A DNA stretch of 64,000 nucleotides from Macrostomum lignano (taxonomy: Eukaryota). Below, piece after piece: positions 1 through 19,079 of the stretch. The first letter of the stretch is position 1. Every line of letters begins with the position of its first letter. The notes beneath the pieces were generated by a model that worked only from the letters and a program-made list of their open reading frames with translations, made no database searches and was not told the origin of the DNA. Position numbers and translations under genes: made by a program. Where the stretch lies: the NCBI GenBank assembly GCA_002269645.1, contig NIVC01000268.1, positions 1 through 64,000 of the forward strand, read 5' to 3'.

Positions 1-282
1 GGTGACAGGGGTGTGTTTGAGGTGACAGAGAAGTGCTTTGAGGGTGACAGGGAAGTGCTTTGAGGGTGACAGGGGAGTGCTTTGGTGGTCAGGCACAGGG
101 GTGTTTTTGACAGCGATTTGGGAGGGTTTTGAGGGTCTCCCTCAGCACAGCGGAGTGCTTTGTGGAAGACAGGGGATTGGTTTTTGAGAAGACACAGGAG
201 TGCTTCATCAAGACAGAAATGCTCTGTTAGGAGACAATTTAAATGAGACCGGTGGATAGCATAATAACATAAGGCCACAAAC

Positions 283-4851
<4,569 letters not shown>

Positions 4852-7010
4852 ACTGATTTATTGGATTTTAAGTTGTAGAAAAAATCAATGCAGGATATAG
4901 TAAGCAGATGATTCACTTTAATTTTGAGTATTGATGCAAGTCTTTAATAGTAAATAACTTCTACCATATCTTCTAGTAAGGCATGAATTGTACAATTATA
5001 TGATTATATAGATAGATACAATAGTGTTATAAACATTATACACTTTCTTTGTTATACCAATAACTAAAAATCTTTTTAGTTTTCATTATATTCAAGTTTA
5101 ACTTTTAAGTCAAATTATGGTACCATAGGTTTTAGCTATTTATTATGTTAAAATAAGCTCACTTTAAATATTATATTAAAAAATTCTATATACATAATGT
5201 TCATTATTTAAGTACTAAAATTAATAATATTAATAGTTATAGTTCTTATAGGCTAACTTTTAAAAGATTATATTATCAAAGTTAATAGCAATCCTGAGTT
5301 ATACTTTAACTGGAAATGCTAAGTTTTTTTCTTTGTTTTTGGTTAAGTTGCAACTGGCCTTCTATATAGCATTTTTAAACAAAGCCATTTTTAGTTTAGT
5401 GATAAAATTGGTATAGCTAGCAATAATGCAACTTAAAGTAGGCATATATATTATACTATTTTATACTCTGCAAGATATAGTGCATGCTAGAATTGTGAAA
5501 AGTATAAATGAAAAAAATGTATAGCTATTAGTATGCATAATGCATGTTATAGCATGCTAGTATAGGCTTATACATATTGGCTCTACCTCCCAGTTCATTG
5601 GCTCAAATGCTATGGATTTGTTTGGTATTAGTGTGTAATAACTTTGAAAGGCAAAGGCTAGCTTATAGCACAAAATAGTTTGCTTTGCTAAGCTGAGAAT
5701 TGCAGAGAGATACCAGAAAAGAGGTGCCTTTCCCAAACAGAGTTGGAAGCACATTTATGACAATATATTTGGGGTGGGTACACCCCAAGCTTTATAGAGA
5801 GAAGGCAATAGAATGCACAAACAGTGGAAAGATACAAACAATAGGATGAGTCCCATGCAGATAGACAAATAAACAAAGAGAGATAGATGAAGAACCAGAT
5901 AGACACGCAATGATTCAGACAAGGGAGTGCACACAGAAAATAGAAAAAGTGTATATGTCCATTGCACAAATGCCATAGCATATTTTAATTTTGTTTTGAA
6001 GTAAGGCCTATTCTAATATGCATTTACTATGATCTAGACTATAGAATTGTATACTATCTAAGTCTTATATTTTTCTATTTTGTTTTAATACTAAATTATA
6101 ATCATCATTTAGGTTAGGCCTACTATTGAATTTAGGCTATGATTTAGACAAAATTTTCATTTAAATAGCTAGTTATATAGCCATTGGTTTTTTGCTTAAG
6201 CATAATATAATAAAGGTAATATAATCAATATAATAAAGTCATTACTTTTAAGTGTGTAATAAATTCTAGCTCAGTATTGACTTTTGAATGACACAACTTG
6301 CACTATACAATGCAGATTTGGGCTGGGTGAGGAGGGATTGGGATGAGCAGGGGGTGAAGATTTGATGGATTGAAGCTTCTTTCCACGACCATTATTGTCC
6401 ACCTATTTTCATTATTTTTCAAACATTTTTATCAAAATGCCATGGTTGGCTAGATGATAGATTGTAGCACATATATCATTAGAATTGCTCATACGTTTTA
6501 TTCATATTCAGTATTAATAATATGAAAATTATAAAACAACATGAAACAATTTAAGAAGCAGCATATTAATCTTGATAAAGAGAGCTTGATTTATTGTTTG
6601 AGCTAGATAGCATGTGTTTTAGAGCAGATGCACCATCCGAAATCCATCATTAGCAATAGCACGGACTGTTTGTATCTGTCATCGTTCGTCCTCTAAGAAT
6701 AATGTGAGGTCCCAGTGATGATGATTTCTAAGAAAATCCAACAGTGAAACGATTTTAAAACTTCGAAGCATTGGTTGGCAACGCAGTTTAACAAGTATGT
6801 ACACGTGCTACACGAAAGCTGCAAGTAATCAAGCCATTTTCATCGTCTGCAGCATCTTTAACTGAATTGCTTCCAACAAGCAGCTTTGCAATTAGAGAGC
6901 TTGGCGTCGTGTGCAGTTGGGTACGTGAATGCACATACATGTATACATGGTACAGGCAGCTTTCGGTTAATCTAATCCTTTCCGACCGACCTTAACCCAA
7001 GGACGATTGC

Positions 7011-7013
7011 ATG

Positions 7014-7086
<73 letters not shown>

Positions 7087-7087
7087 G
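7011..7087. repeat. (TAC)n microsatellite
   Basis: Direct reading. Confidence 0.97.
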
Positions 7088-8124
7088 CTACTACTTTTGG
7101 ATAAGGTATCTCGAGCGAAATCGACTGCATGGGTGCAGATTTCACGCTAATCACCGTTTACTCCAATCGAAAAAATGCTGGTTGGTACATTACCCGAGGC
7201 CTAGTGAAATTGCGTGTGCTGATGTACTAGAACGTGTGCATATAGAAGAGGGCGCCCCCTTTAAAAGAAGTCCTGGCTACGCCCCACCCATGCCTGATCA
7301 ACCCAATGCAGCACTAGCTAGCAGCTTGCATTGCCTTTTTGAGTCTGCTAGCTATAATTTTCGTTACAGCCGTCTCTCTTATCTCCTAGTTATTTGCTGC
7401 TTCATCCTGCCTCTTTTTGAAGCAGATGCAGTGCCAGATTGTTATACATTTGTTTTTTGCTTGCGCATTTTTACATATAAATTTTAGAGAACGTGGTATT
7501 GTAAATTTTCAACAAATATTTTAATTAAGTTTGGATTTGTTTGTCAGGAACATACATGTAGGAATGCAACCAACGAAACACTGAAAATTCGAAAGGAGCT
7601 GTGAACTATTAATTTGTTAGATGAAGATAAGATTTTTGTTAACTGCAGTTAGCCTGATTTGTATCATTCGCAAAAGACTTATACATGTACATGTATTGCG
7701 TCAATTTGTCTTTTTAGATCAAGGGAGCTTGGTGAAATATGGATTATATATAATCGCACGTGATTAAATGGCTTTGGACTAGGGGATCTTGCAGCTTCCG
7801 GTCTTGAGATATATCGATTTTGTCAGGTCTTCATTACGTGCAGCCCGAATCCATGACGGTTCATATCAGCTCTGTAATCCTTCGTAGTTATAGAATGAAA
7901 GAATTCTTGAGTTGCCGGATAATTTGTGTCATGAGTTCTTTTCCAGCACTCAATCTTGCTCAATCTTGCTTTCCAATCCACATGCAATACCTATAGATAC
8001 GCTTGTACTTTGTTAAAGATGAAAAAATAGCACAGGGAATTGTTTAGAAGACCAATATATACCAGGGTATGATACAGCAATTTTTACCAGGTCACGAGTA
8101 AGACAACAAAGATAGTTTTCCTCT

Positions 8125-8662
8125 CCTCTCTCCTCTTTCTCTCATCTCCTCTCCCCTCTCTATTCTCTCCTTTCTCCTCTCTCCTCTCTCCTCTCTCCTC
8201 TCTCCTCTCCTCTCTCAGATCTCTTCTCCTCTCACCCCTCTCCTCTCTCCTCTCCCCTCTCTTCTCTCAGCTCTCCTCTCCTCTCTCCTCTCCTCTCTCC
8301 TCTCCTCTCTCCTCTCCTCTCTCCTCTACTCTTTCCTCTCCCCTCTCCCCTCTCCGCTCTCCTCTCCTCTCTCAGATCTCTTCTCCTCTCACCCCTCTCC
8401 TCTCTCCTCTCCCCTCTCCTCTCTCAGCTCTCCTCTCCTCTCTCCTCTCCTCTCCTCTCTCTTCTCCTCTCCTCTCCCCTCTCCTCTCCTCTCCTCTCAC
8501 CCCTCTCCTCTCTCCTCTCTCCTCTCCTCTCCTCTCTCCCCTCTCCTCTCTCCTCTCCTCTTTCTTCTCTCCCCTCTCCTTTCCTCTCTCATCTCTCCTC
8601 TCCTCTTCTCACCTCTCTCCTCTCTTCTCTCTCTCCTCTCTCCTCTCTCCTCTCTCCTCTCA
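8125..8662. repeat. CT-rich low-complexity tract (CTCTC based)
   Basis: Polypyrimidine tract of about 540 bp. Confidence 0.9.
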
Positions 8663-9494
8663 TCGTTTGTGTGTCTGTGGTACATAATAATTGGTAATGT
8701 ACGAGAGAAGAACTTGCTGAAGGAGAATTCAAAATTGCTTCAAGCTTTTTAAGCAGGGGCGCGAATTATGTACCCAAAGCGTTAGCTTTCTCTTGCTTGA
8801 TTTATTTATCATAAATCTACAAAATAGTTCACTAGATTTATGATAAATTATTATTATAATTAATTACTCGAACCCACAAAATGTCATACGTTATATGTAA
8901 TTAGCTAATTAAACTTAAACAATTAGAGATGCATTGATAAGATCAATAATTGTGTTTCGAAATATTTCATCAACGCAAAGCTGAAAGCTCACAAATTACA
9001 GAGCTATAATTACCGCTTCAAGCGCATAGCTAAAGCTGTGACGCAAACAACTCAACTAGCCACGCCTCCCCCCATCTGTTAATTATAATTATAGATAATT
9101 CTCGTTTTACAGCCTACAGGCTGTAAATGGGGTAAGGGATCCTGGACAATTCTCACAGTCTTTGCTTTAATTCTCTCACTGGCGATTAGTGGCTTCAGAT
9201 TAGAATCGCTTGACATGAGTGTCTGCATGCAATGTTTTGCTCGAGGTCCTAGCTCTTTCATAATTAGAGCTCCTGTGATCACGTGTTTGCTTTCGATGAC
9301 TGTTTTTAAGCTTTAAACAAAACTATAGCTACTTATTTAGGTCATGAATTGAAAAGAAACTGTGCAACCTTTTTACAAGTACGAGGCCGAGCTAACTTAA
9401 TTATTAACTGCAAAGGACTCTTTAAACAAGTAATTCCCTATTTCTTATTGAACTTACGCCTAAAAGTCCCAATCTCAAATTCCCTAATGTTTAC

Positions 9495-9655
9495 CAGTGG
9501 CGTAGCCAGGATTTCCTTCTGGGGGGGGGTCACAGTCACAGGCTCTCATAGCGGCAACCGATGGCAGGGGGTGCTAGGCCTCTGCGACGGGGGAGGGGGG
9601 TGCTGAGGCATTTGGCCTGGATCAGCCGGCTGATCCCCCCTTGGCTACGCCCCTG
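9495..9655. mobile_element. hAT-like MITE (161 bp)
   Basis: TIRs CAGTGGCGTAGCCA...TGGCTACGCCCCTG; 8-bp TSD ATGTTTAC/ATGTTTGC (one mismatch). Confidence 0.75.
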
Positions 9656-10894
9656 ATGTTTGCTTACTTAATCATTCCCAATTCCAATTCTCAATTTTCA
9701 TTACCCAAATTATTTATTTCCGATTGCATTTGCTCACTTCTAATTCCACATTTCTCGATCAATTCAAAAGTCAGCGTGACTAATTCTTTTTTTGAAGGGC
9801 CATATTTACAAGGCATTTTTTCACTGTAGATTTTGCTCGAGGCTCTGAAATTTCGATGGCCGTGCATAATTAAGGATGAGATGAGGGAAGAAAAAAGCAG
9901 TTTTTAAATTTTGTATATTTTAATAGTATAGTATAGTATTTTGTATATTAATGTATTATCAACACTTGGTAATGCTATAGAATGCTTGTATAAAGAATTT
10001 ATTTAGCTATCGATTTTAGTAAACATTGTTTTAACAATTACACTTACAGAACGATGATTATTTTTAAATTCTAGGCATAAAAATACCCTCTAAGAATTCG
10101 CAAATAAAAAAACATTTTTTGCACAGAAATACAACGTAAAGTTATAATTTAAAATCGCGTTTACAAGCACAAGTGAGGCATTTTGTTTTAGTTAAGCTAA
10201 TTACTTTTTCTAGTTATTTATCTTTAGTTATCTATTGGTTGCCATAACTAATTTTGAAATTGTTGACATGTAGAGACGAAATAATAAGTCATATATATTT
10301 TTACAATTATCAATAGTTACAGCATATACACTGGCAAGTAAAACAAAATTAGCATCGAACGGATTCAAATTCTGTCGCTTCTTGCTTTCGCACGTCTAGA
10401 TCTGTTTGTTAGTGCATACAATATAAAATTATATAAGCAATGATAATTGTTTCCTTCTAAGGAAAAATATTATACAGAAACAATTATGCGAGGCATTCAT
10501 AAAACTAATTCATTAAAACAATATATAAAGTATAGAAAAATGACAAGCCAATCAAAGATCGACCAATTTTCAGATGCTGGTAAAAATTGTTACACCAAAG
10601 TACTCGTAACTGTTTTAAATAGGAATAGGACAAACGACAGGTAGGATAGGTGACGCCAGTAAAGTTATATTTAATGATGCAAATTACTTCTTGTAACAAT
10701 TTACAAGAAGAAACACGGAGATTGCTGTAACGGAAACGGACAGAGCATTGACAGAGTGCAGTGACGGCGGTACATAGACGTTTTTGGGGTCAATTGCCGT
10801 GTGCTGACGGACAGCATTCAAAGATAATTCATTCGCTCAGATACTGCAACGTCAGGCATGCGCGTCAAACAAACATAATCTTCTTAATTGATCC

Positions 10895-13800
10895 CTAAAC
10901 TAAATTAAAACCCACGCTGCCATCGCTGCTGCTGCTCTTGTGCCAGGTCTCGTTACGCGACATTGCGCTGCTGTCGCTGAAAATTGTCGAGAGTTGATGT
11001 CGGGCTTTAGCCTTGTCGGTTGCGGCAGCGGCGGCGGCAGCATTGGCCGAGACGTTGACGGTGACGATGCCGGTGACATCGGCTGTCTCCGTAGCAGCGG
11101 CGGCAGCAGCAGCTCCGCCCGCAGAGCTGCAAGGCAGCAGCGGAATTGGTTGTTCTCGTCGACGTTCGCGTTCATTGCTCCGACCGACCACGGCACGAGC
11201 TGTAGCAGGGGCTAGTCGTCGTCGACAGCCTCGACGACATTCAACAATCAGCCGGCAGACGCCGGCTCGAAATTTCGAATCGGCGAACAGGTAGAGCATG
11301 AGAATGACCAGCGAGTGCAGGCCCGAGAGGGTCTCAACAGCTTCCGTCAAGCGAGTCCGCTGGCGGAACAGCTGCAGGCTGTCCTCGCCAATCAGATCCA
11401 CTGGCTCCTTAGATTTCAGCTCGTAGATTAACTGAGCCAGCAGCATCGGCGACTCCAACAGGATGAAGCTGGCCGAGATGGCTACTAGCTGGCGACGGAC
11501 TCGACGTTGTCGACTGCGGACCCGATGACCGCGCACCCGGTGCCAGGTGACCGCGCAGCCAGCGGCAATGACCAGCATGGGCAGGTAGACAGTAAGTTTG
11601 TAGTACACCGAGTGCAGCGCTCGAATGAACGCGCCCGACGGTGGGCAGATCTCGATTAGACGGTTGATCTGGAATGCGATTTGGCAGAGTTTAAACAGAA
11701 TGAATGACCTTGGACACCAATTGAGCATTTAATTAAATATTTTACAAGCTTGAACAGAAAAGACATCGTCCCATCGCATTACAACACCATAGCAACACCG
11801 TAGCATTACCATTGCAACACCTTAGAAACACCATAGCAACACTATAGCGACACCACAACAACATAGAAGACACACCATAGCAACACCATAGCAACACCAT
11901 AGCAACACCATAGCAACACCATAGCAACACTATAGCAATACCGTAGCAACACCGAAGCAACACGATACATAGATTCAACCCATTTATTTTTTACACTAAA
12001 TAGTGCAGCACCCATTTCCAACAATTAATTTTCTCCAAAGTAATTGAATCGCTTTGTCAATCTCTCCTGCACTTCAAATCCATTTAATTCATTTTTGGCG
12101 CTTAGGCTCACGACTGTCTTATGAAAACAGAAACCTGCTAACCCTGCTCAAACCCTTCCCAAATCCTTCGGATGGCATGGGAGCTAGCAATGAAGAGAGC
12201 AGGCCTATTTATTTGACTATTGTCGGTACAATGCAAGCTTAAGTAAAAAAGAAACAACCTTCGATTATCACCCATACAAGCTTCAAAGATCTATACTAAT
12301 TAGAGGCATTGGCAAAGATTCAGAAACGAATGATGAACAGCGATTTTCTGTCAGTACCAACCCTGCAGTTGGAGAGTCAAAAACGCAAACAAAACAGCGA
12401 ATCGATTTTTTTTCGACTCCTACAGATCACGGATCAGATCAGGATTCGGACTCAGAACAATTCACCAACAGTGCCTGCGGCCCAGGCTCGATTCCAAGTG
12501 CAGTCGCATTAATTTGGGGCTGAATTGGAATCTCGGCTTGGCTCTGCTCGTGCAATTAACGGCCTTGAGAACCAACCCCAAGGCGCAGTGAAGTGTACAT
12601 GCCTAACGATAAATAAAGTTAGGGCCCCTGTAAACTCCTGTGTGAGTGTGTGCCTGTGCGTGTGACTGCGTACGTATCCGCGCGCTTGTGTGCCTTGCTC
12701 AGGGGAGTCGGCGGAATGGGCAGTAATGTCTCTCGCCGGTTGTGTGACAATGTCGCTTAAAGTGCGCCAGGCTGCACACAGCCTTTACAAGCTAACTAAT
12801 CTAAAACTAACACCGACTTGGAACAACTCAGAACAACTCAGAACAACTCAGAGCAACTCAGAACAACTCAGAACCACTCAGAGCAACTCAGCGCTTATAT
12901 ATTCAGGCAACGAAACGAAGCCTCCTGCTCACCTGGGTGAATGCCTCAGATCTGGGCACGGCAACTCGGCTGTAGTTCACAACAGAATCCGAGCTCCAAT
13001 ATGCGGGACTGAGCAGCTCCAGCTGTTGTCCTTGCTCGCAGGCCACGAGGCTGAACCGGACCATGGCCAGTTGCCAAGCCGCCGCGGCCGCGAGCCAAGC
13101 TGCCAGGTTGACGCCAGCCGCGGCGCCGATGTAGCACAGACGGGCGCCAGACGATCGGCGCCAAAGCAGGCAGCAGCGATCGCAGACGGCCAGCATCAGC
13201 CAGATGTTGCGGGCTGGAAACAGGGCTGCCACGGCCAGCTCTGATAGGCGGACCAGGTGCACCCAAACCAGGTAGGGTGCCAGATTGCGAACCTGAACAG
13301 TGGTTGGTGGTTTAATCTGAGATTATAATTACCTATGCTGGCATCTACTTGAGACTACAAATAATTAACTGTGTTGATAACTGAGTCTTTAGTTAATTAC
13401 CTATGAGACCATAATTACTCCGATAACTACCCCAGACTATAATTACTTGTGCTGATAACTACCCCAGACTATAATTACATGAGCGGATAACTACCCCAGG
13501 CCATAATTACCTGTGCTGATAACTACCCCAGACGATAATTACCTGTGCCGATAACTAGCCCAAATCATAATTACTTGTGCTGATAACTACCCCAGACTAT
13601 AATTACCTGTGCTGATAACTACCCCAGACTATAATTACGTGTGCTTATAACTACCCCAGATCATAATTACCTGTGCTGATAACTACCCCAGAAAATTATT
13701 GCTCAGTAGTGATTAAAACCAGAGCTACTTTGGTCTCTGCAGCCCTAGGAAGCCAGTTCTAGCCAGTTCTAGAAGCCAGTTGAGTCAGTTCTGAATCGGC

Positions 13801-15041
13801 CAAGCAAATTTAATCAGGATTATTTTATTTCTCATAAATAATCCAAGACAAAAGGTCCAGTCATTGCTTTGTGCGAAATTATTTTGATGGTTTTTTAATT
13901 ATTTAGCCAGTTTTCATTTAGCCAGTTAGCCCGTAGTCCATTTTTACAGATCTATGCTTTCTTCACAGCATAGATCGTATCCCCCGCTATTGAATTTCCA
14001 TTATTTCACGAGTTGCTATTTAAATGCACTTTTAATTTAAATGCTTGTAATTGGGCTAAACTGAATATTGGTGAACAGATTTGGTTACCAAAAATAGATT
14101 TTGGGGAATCAACTTGTAAAGCATAACTTGTCCAATAGCAAACCCCTACCACTAGGTTGCAACCTAGCAACGTAGGGGTTGTAGCCTGGTGGTTAGAGCG
14201 TCGGACTTACGACTTGAAGGTCAAGGGTTCGATTCTTGACCCACTCAGAACAAGTTGTGTCCTTGAGCAAGACACTTAACTCTCTGCATTGCTTCAGTTC
14301 ACTTAGCTGAAAATGGGTGTCAGCATTAGCTGGGGTAATTGAGGGTGTGTGTGGCGACCCCCCAGTCCTTGGACTGAACAGCCGTACGCAGCCTTCAGAT
14401 GCGCCGCGCAATAGCTGCAACTGAGCTGTCGGTTGCACATCTGGCCACTAGGGCAGGTGCAATAGAAAAATTAGCAAAATTCGCATTGAGAAAATGACAA
14501 CACAGTCCCGAAACAACCTGCTTACCTGCAGAAACGGCGCTCGCCATTCCACTGTCGAACCGACCTCTCCTCCTTCATTGTCGATCTCCGTCTCCGCCTC
14601 CGCCTCCGCCGCCGCTGCCGCTGCCGCCTGCCAAGGCTGGCCGTCGACACCGAAGGCTGACCGCGAGAGAATGGCGTCCGCCCTGCTCAGCGTCAGCGCC
14701 ACCTGCAGAGCGGCCTCCAGCAGCGCCAGCACCAGCAGCAGCAGCTGCACCCGAGCTCCGCCGTCGCTGCCAACGCCGGCTCCGCGCCGTCGACGTTGCC
14801 GACCGCGCCAGAGCAGCGCTCCGTAGACAACGAAGGCCATTAAATCGCCGAAACCGACGCAGACGCTCAGGCCGCACTGCAGCAGCTTGAGCACGCGCCA
14901 GGATTCGAAATGCGCGGCTCCGAGTCTCTCGCTGTAGTTGCCATTAGCAACGAGCCACTGGCAATCGGCGACGAGGGTCACCAGTGGCTCCTTGAAGGGG
15001 CTGGAGGCCTGGTCCGAGCTGCTGCACACGTTTGCCATCAT
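10895..15041 (-). CDS. Divergent class A (rhodopsin-like) 7TM receptor, probably peptide-receptor-like orphan, 549 aa
   Basis: Exons 15041-14526, 13292-12933, 11668-10895, all phase 0 with GT-AG. Seven hydrophobic segments; DRY-like CDRC after TM3; TM6 FILLESP; TM7 LMLYLFADSKFR with helix-8 FR; low-complexity C-tail. Confidence 0.8.
11785..11965. repeat. 11-bp minisatellite (CAACACCATAG), GPCR intron 2
   Basis: Reverse complement of the array at 31395-31585. Confidence 0.85.
12470..12815 (+). mobile_element. tRNA-derived SINE, family B (5'-truncated copy)
   Basis: Colinear with the inverted copy at 21622-21977; B-box-like GGCTCGATTCC at about 12484. Confidence 0.65.
13320..13700. repeat. 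32-bp minisatellite (ATAACTACCCCAGACTATAATTACCTGTGCTG), GPCR intron 1
   Basis: About 11 tandem units. Confidence 0.9.
14176..14448 (+). mobile_element. tRNA-derived SINE, family A
   Basis: A-box-like TAGCCTGGTGGTTAGAGC, B-box GGTTCGATTC, central GTGTCCTTGAGCAAGACACTTAA resembling V/Meta-SINE core domains. Second copy at 36853-37362 (-). Confidence 0.8.
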
Positions 15042-15509
15042 GGTCTATTTTCAATTGAAATCAGTTTGAATGGGATTGCGAGTCTGAGCAGACTGGCGGG
15101 GATCTCTGGCTCTTATCTTCCCCACTCGAGCGAGTGGGAGGGGGTTGGAGTGCGAGGAGGGCAAATGCACCGGTTGAGAGCTTTGCAGGGATTCGTTGTC
15201 CAATCAGAATCGAATTGACTTCGACGCGATAAGAAAAACAAATCGAGATGTTTTGAGCGCCCACGATGCCCACTTAATGTAAAAATAATTTCCATTTTAT
15301 TTGCCAATCTGTCAGTCAAAGAAGTCGCATTTGTTGAAATTGCTCTTTTCGGATGTGAATTTTATTACGAGGCTCAAACTCGGTGATTTTATCGGGCATT
15401 ATTTAAAACAAAAAAGGGCGCTGCATTTTTCTTACTAATCAATACCCCGAATAGAATTCCGAATTAAATTTTATTTTAATCTGATACTAGCGATGTGTAG
15501 TGTGTAACA

Positions 15510-16110
15510 CTCTTACTTGACTTAGCTGCCGGGGGCTCCGTGCGTCCGGAAACAGCGAGGCGGCGTTGCCGCCCATTTCGCTAACCCCTGGCGACCACGG
15601 GCAGCTAGTGCTGCGGTGTCGCGCAGAGAGTTCCGGTGGTGCCCCTCCGGAGAGCCCTTTGGTAGCGGACGAGCTGGCAGAGATTCTCGGGCCTGAAAAC
15701 GTCGGAGAGGTCCGGGTTTGGGCCAAGGTAGGTGAGCCTGTCCTGAGTAAAGGCGGGGCATTCACAGATAAAGTGCTCCGCATTCTCGACACCGGAGAGG
15801 CAGAATGGGGCATTCCTCACTGCGGATTTTTCCCTGGAGGTGGCGATGCCTGGCAAAACAGCCATGACCCGAGAGGGTCATGGTCACCGCCCTGATGTCT
15901 CTGCGGTTGAGTCCAAGCAGGGCCCTGCGCAGGGCGGAGGAAGAACAGGGGACAGCCGCGCGGGATTGCCGGCAGTCGGGGGCGTTCACCCACCTCTCCC
16001 TGTGCTTTGAAGCCACCCACTGGTTGATCCGAGTGGTGACAAGTATGCAACACCCAGGACTAAACTGCAATATTAACAGGTTGCATGTCACCTGCGTAAC
16101 ACTCAGGGCC
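15510..16110 (-). mobile_element. 5'-truncated non-LTR retrotransposon 3' end (I/LOA/R1-like ORF2 C-terminus)
   Basis: Frameshifted peptides [24 protein letters not shown] / [21 protein letters not shown] (CCHC zinc knuckle), then a short CTAAGTCAAGTAAG tail. Confidence 0.8.
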
Positions 16111-16919
16111 AGATCACGGATTTAATAACAATTAGGCAAAGCTCCTGACTAACAAAGCCAGCTGGTTCCATCATCATTTTATCAATCGAACAAAAGGCCT
16201 GTCGTCAGCCCGCCTACGCAGACAGCACTCTGCAGGTGAGGGGTACTGCTCTCTAATAACGGCGGTAACCTCCTCCTGACTCTCTCTCTCTCTCTCTCTC
16301 TCCCTCTCTCAGGCACGCCTTCCCTCCATTGTAATCGAAAGAGCTAGCTCATTGGAAAATTGCACCGCTTATAGTCAGAGATCTCAGAGATAGAGAGACA
16401 AAGACTCTCCAGTGGGAGAGGAGGTACTTAGCCAGCCATTAATCCGTGTTCCCTCTCGCAGTAAAAATACATTCTCAACGAGGTCTATACCTTCATCTGA
16501 CTCAGGCAGCAGGGACTGTCATGTGAGTTGGAGAGTTGGGTATTATTATAGAATGGGAAAAGTGCATTAATCAAACAGACGGCATCATGAATAGAATCGT
16601 GATGGGTTGATTGATTGCAGACAAACACTCATCTTTCATTCATCGTTCAATCGCTTTAGTTTTCTTGGAAGGGCTTCAAAATAAAATTCGTGTCGCTTTT
16701 TAAAAATCTAAATCTTTGAATCTAACACTTCCGAAAGAAAAACAGGTTCATGTTATTAAATGAAAGTCTAAATTTTCGGAAAAAGAATCTGACAAAAAGT
16801 ATATTTTATTCTAAATAGGGTTGTTTGCGGATTTTGTTCAAACAAAAAACTTAAAACAAAGGCTTGCGAAATAGCAGCAGGGTTTCAATTTAAGGAGTAG
16901 TTATTGGTTATGATTAGAG

Positions 16920-17820
16920 AATGAAAAAGAATTATGGAGAAAGAAGACAGTGAGAGAAATAAGGAGAGACATAAGGAGAAAGATAAGAAGAGAGGGATAT
17001 GGAGAGAGAGATCAAGAGAGAAAGAGAGGGATTTCTAAAGAGGGATAACGAGAGGGATAAAGAGATAGGGATAATAAGAGAGGGATATAAAGAGAGAGAT
17101 AAGGAGAGAGATATATTGAAAGAAGGATAAGGCGAGTGATATATGGAGAGAAAGATATGGAGAGAGATAAGGACGGAGGGATAAGTAGAGAGATATGGAG
17201 AGAGGGAATGGGGAGAGATAGGGATAAGGGAGATGTCAGGAGATAAGAAGAGGTGAGAGTAGGGATAAGGGAGATGTCGGGAGAGACAGGAAGAGGTGAG
17301 AAGAGGGATAAGGGAGATGTCGGGAGAGACAGAAAGAGGTGAGAGGAGGGATAAGGGAGATGTCGGGAGAGATAGGAAGAGGTGAGAAGAGGGATAAGGG
17401 AGATGTCGGGAGAGACAGAAAGAGGTGAGAGGAGGGATAAGGGAGATGTCGGGAGAGAAAGGAAGAGGTGAGAAGAGGGATAAGGGAGATGTCGGGAGAG
17501 AAAGGAAGAGGTGAGAAGAGGGATAAGGGAGATGTCAGGAGATAGGAAGAGGTGAGAAGAGGGATAAGGGAGATGTCGGGAGAGAAAGGAAGAGGTGAGA
17601 AGAGGGATAAGGGAGATGTCGGGAGAGAAAGGAAGAGGTGAGAGGAGGGATAAGGGAGATGTCGGGAGAGACAGGAAGAGGTGAGAGGAGGGATAAGGGA
17701 GATGTCGGGAGAGACAGGAAGAGGTGAGAGGAGGAATAGGGGAGATGTCAGGAGAGATAGGAAGAGGTGAGAAGAGGGATAAGGGAGATGTCGGGAGAGA
17801 TAGGAAGAGGTGAGAGGAGG
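16920..17820. repeat. GA-rich tract with 43-bp tandem unit
   Basis: GGGAGATGTC recurs every 43 bp (e.g. 17611, 17654). Confidence 0.9.
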
Positions 17821-18485
17821 GACAGACAAGGAAGAGAACGGAGTGATGAAGGGAAGCAGCGCAGCTGAGCGCACGAGCAGCCATCCGTCACACGAAAGCT
17901 GACAGGGCTTTGAGTGGCAAATGGCAAAAAACACAATAGCGATATCTGGTTGGAAAAGATATGCAGTCTGTAATAAAGTAAGCATTCGTTGGAGCAAAAC
18001 AGCGCCAGAACAGAATATAGCTGATGAATGGCGAGGCTAAAGCGCTCAATTGCTCTATCAGTGTAAAACAGCATCCCAGTACACACTGCCTGTTCCCGAG
18101 TGCAATGTATCAAAAGGCTCAGTTGGAAGGCTTACATATACTTTGAGCACATCTAATTATTCGCGCTCAAGTGGTGGTGCGGGTGGCTTGGGGTTGGGCC
18201 TGTGATTAAGTTTTGCTAGACCTTTTTAACCACGCAGAAATGAGAGATTAAACCACAGGTAACGACGAGAGACGAGAGAAGCGAGCGCTGGGGTGGGGTT
18301 GGGTGAGTAGAGAGTTATAAACAACAATTGTCATTCTCACGCCGAGACTGCAGGAAAGTTTGAATATTTTTGTCAATAGTGTTGTTTTTTTAGTTCGTGC
18401 GCAATATAAAATAGTTTAAGGACTGTCTATTGAAGCCATTGATTTGAGCACAGCTGGTTTCGGTTTCTGAGTCCATTTCTAAAGC

Positions 18486-18852
18486 ATGAATGGCGGCGGA
18501 ACTCATTTTGGCGGCTCGTTGCTGTCTCTGGGCGCGTCGGAGGCCATCGCGGAAGAGTCAGATGGGGACGAGCCCAAGCCGAATAATGGACAAGTCAGGT
18601 AGTGCTTTGTTATTAATCAATTTTGCATTGCATGCGTCGACAGGAAATGAATTGCCAGTCATTGTAAGTCACGGGAAAGGTATTTAACTGAGCTTTTCAC
18701 TGACTGAGCGATGTCAGGTTATGAGTGCGTGCATAAGACAATTCTCAGTTGGATACTGAGCAATGTAGCAAATCTATTCATAAATCAATAAACCAGTCAA
18801 TCAACCAATCAATTTGTCAAATAATCTATCAATCGATCCGTCACTAAATTCG

Positions 18853-18915
<63 letters not shown>

Positions 18916-19036
18916 GTCAATCAATCAATCAATCAATCAATCAGTCACCCAATCAATCAATCAATCAATCAGTCACCCAATCAATCAATCAATCAATCAG
19001 TCACCCAATCAATCAATCAATCAGTCAATCAGTCAC

Positions 19037-19079
<43 letters not shown>

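Noticed and set aside
14176-14250. Possible tRNA gene
   Set aside because: A/B boxes present but no proper acceptor stem; continues into a SINE body that recurs at 36853-37362.
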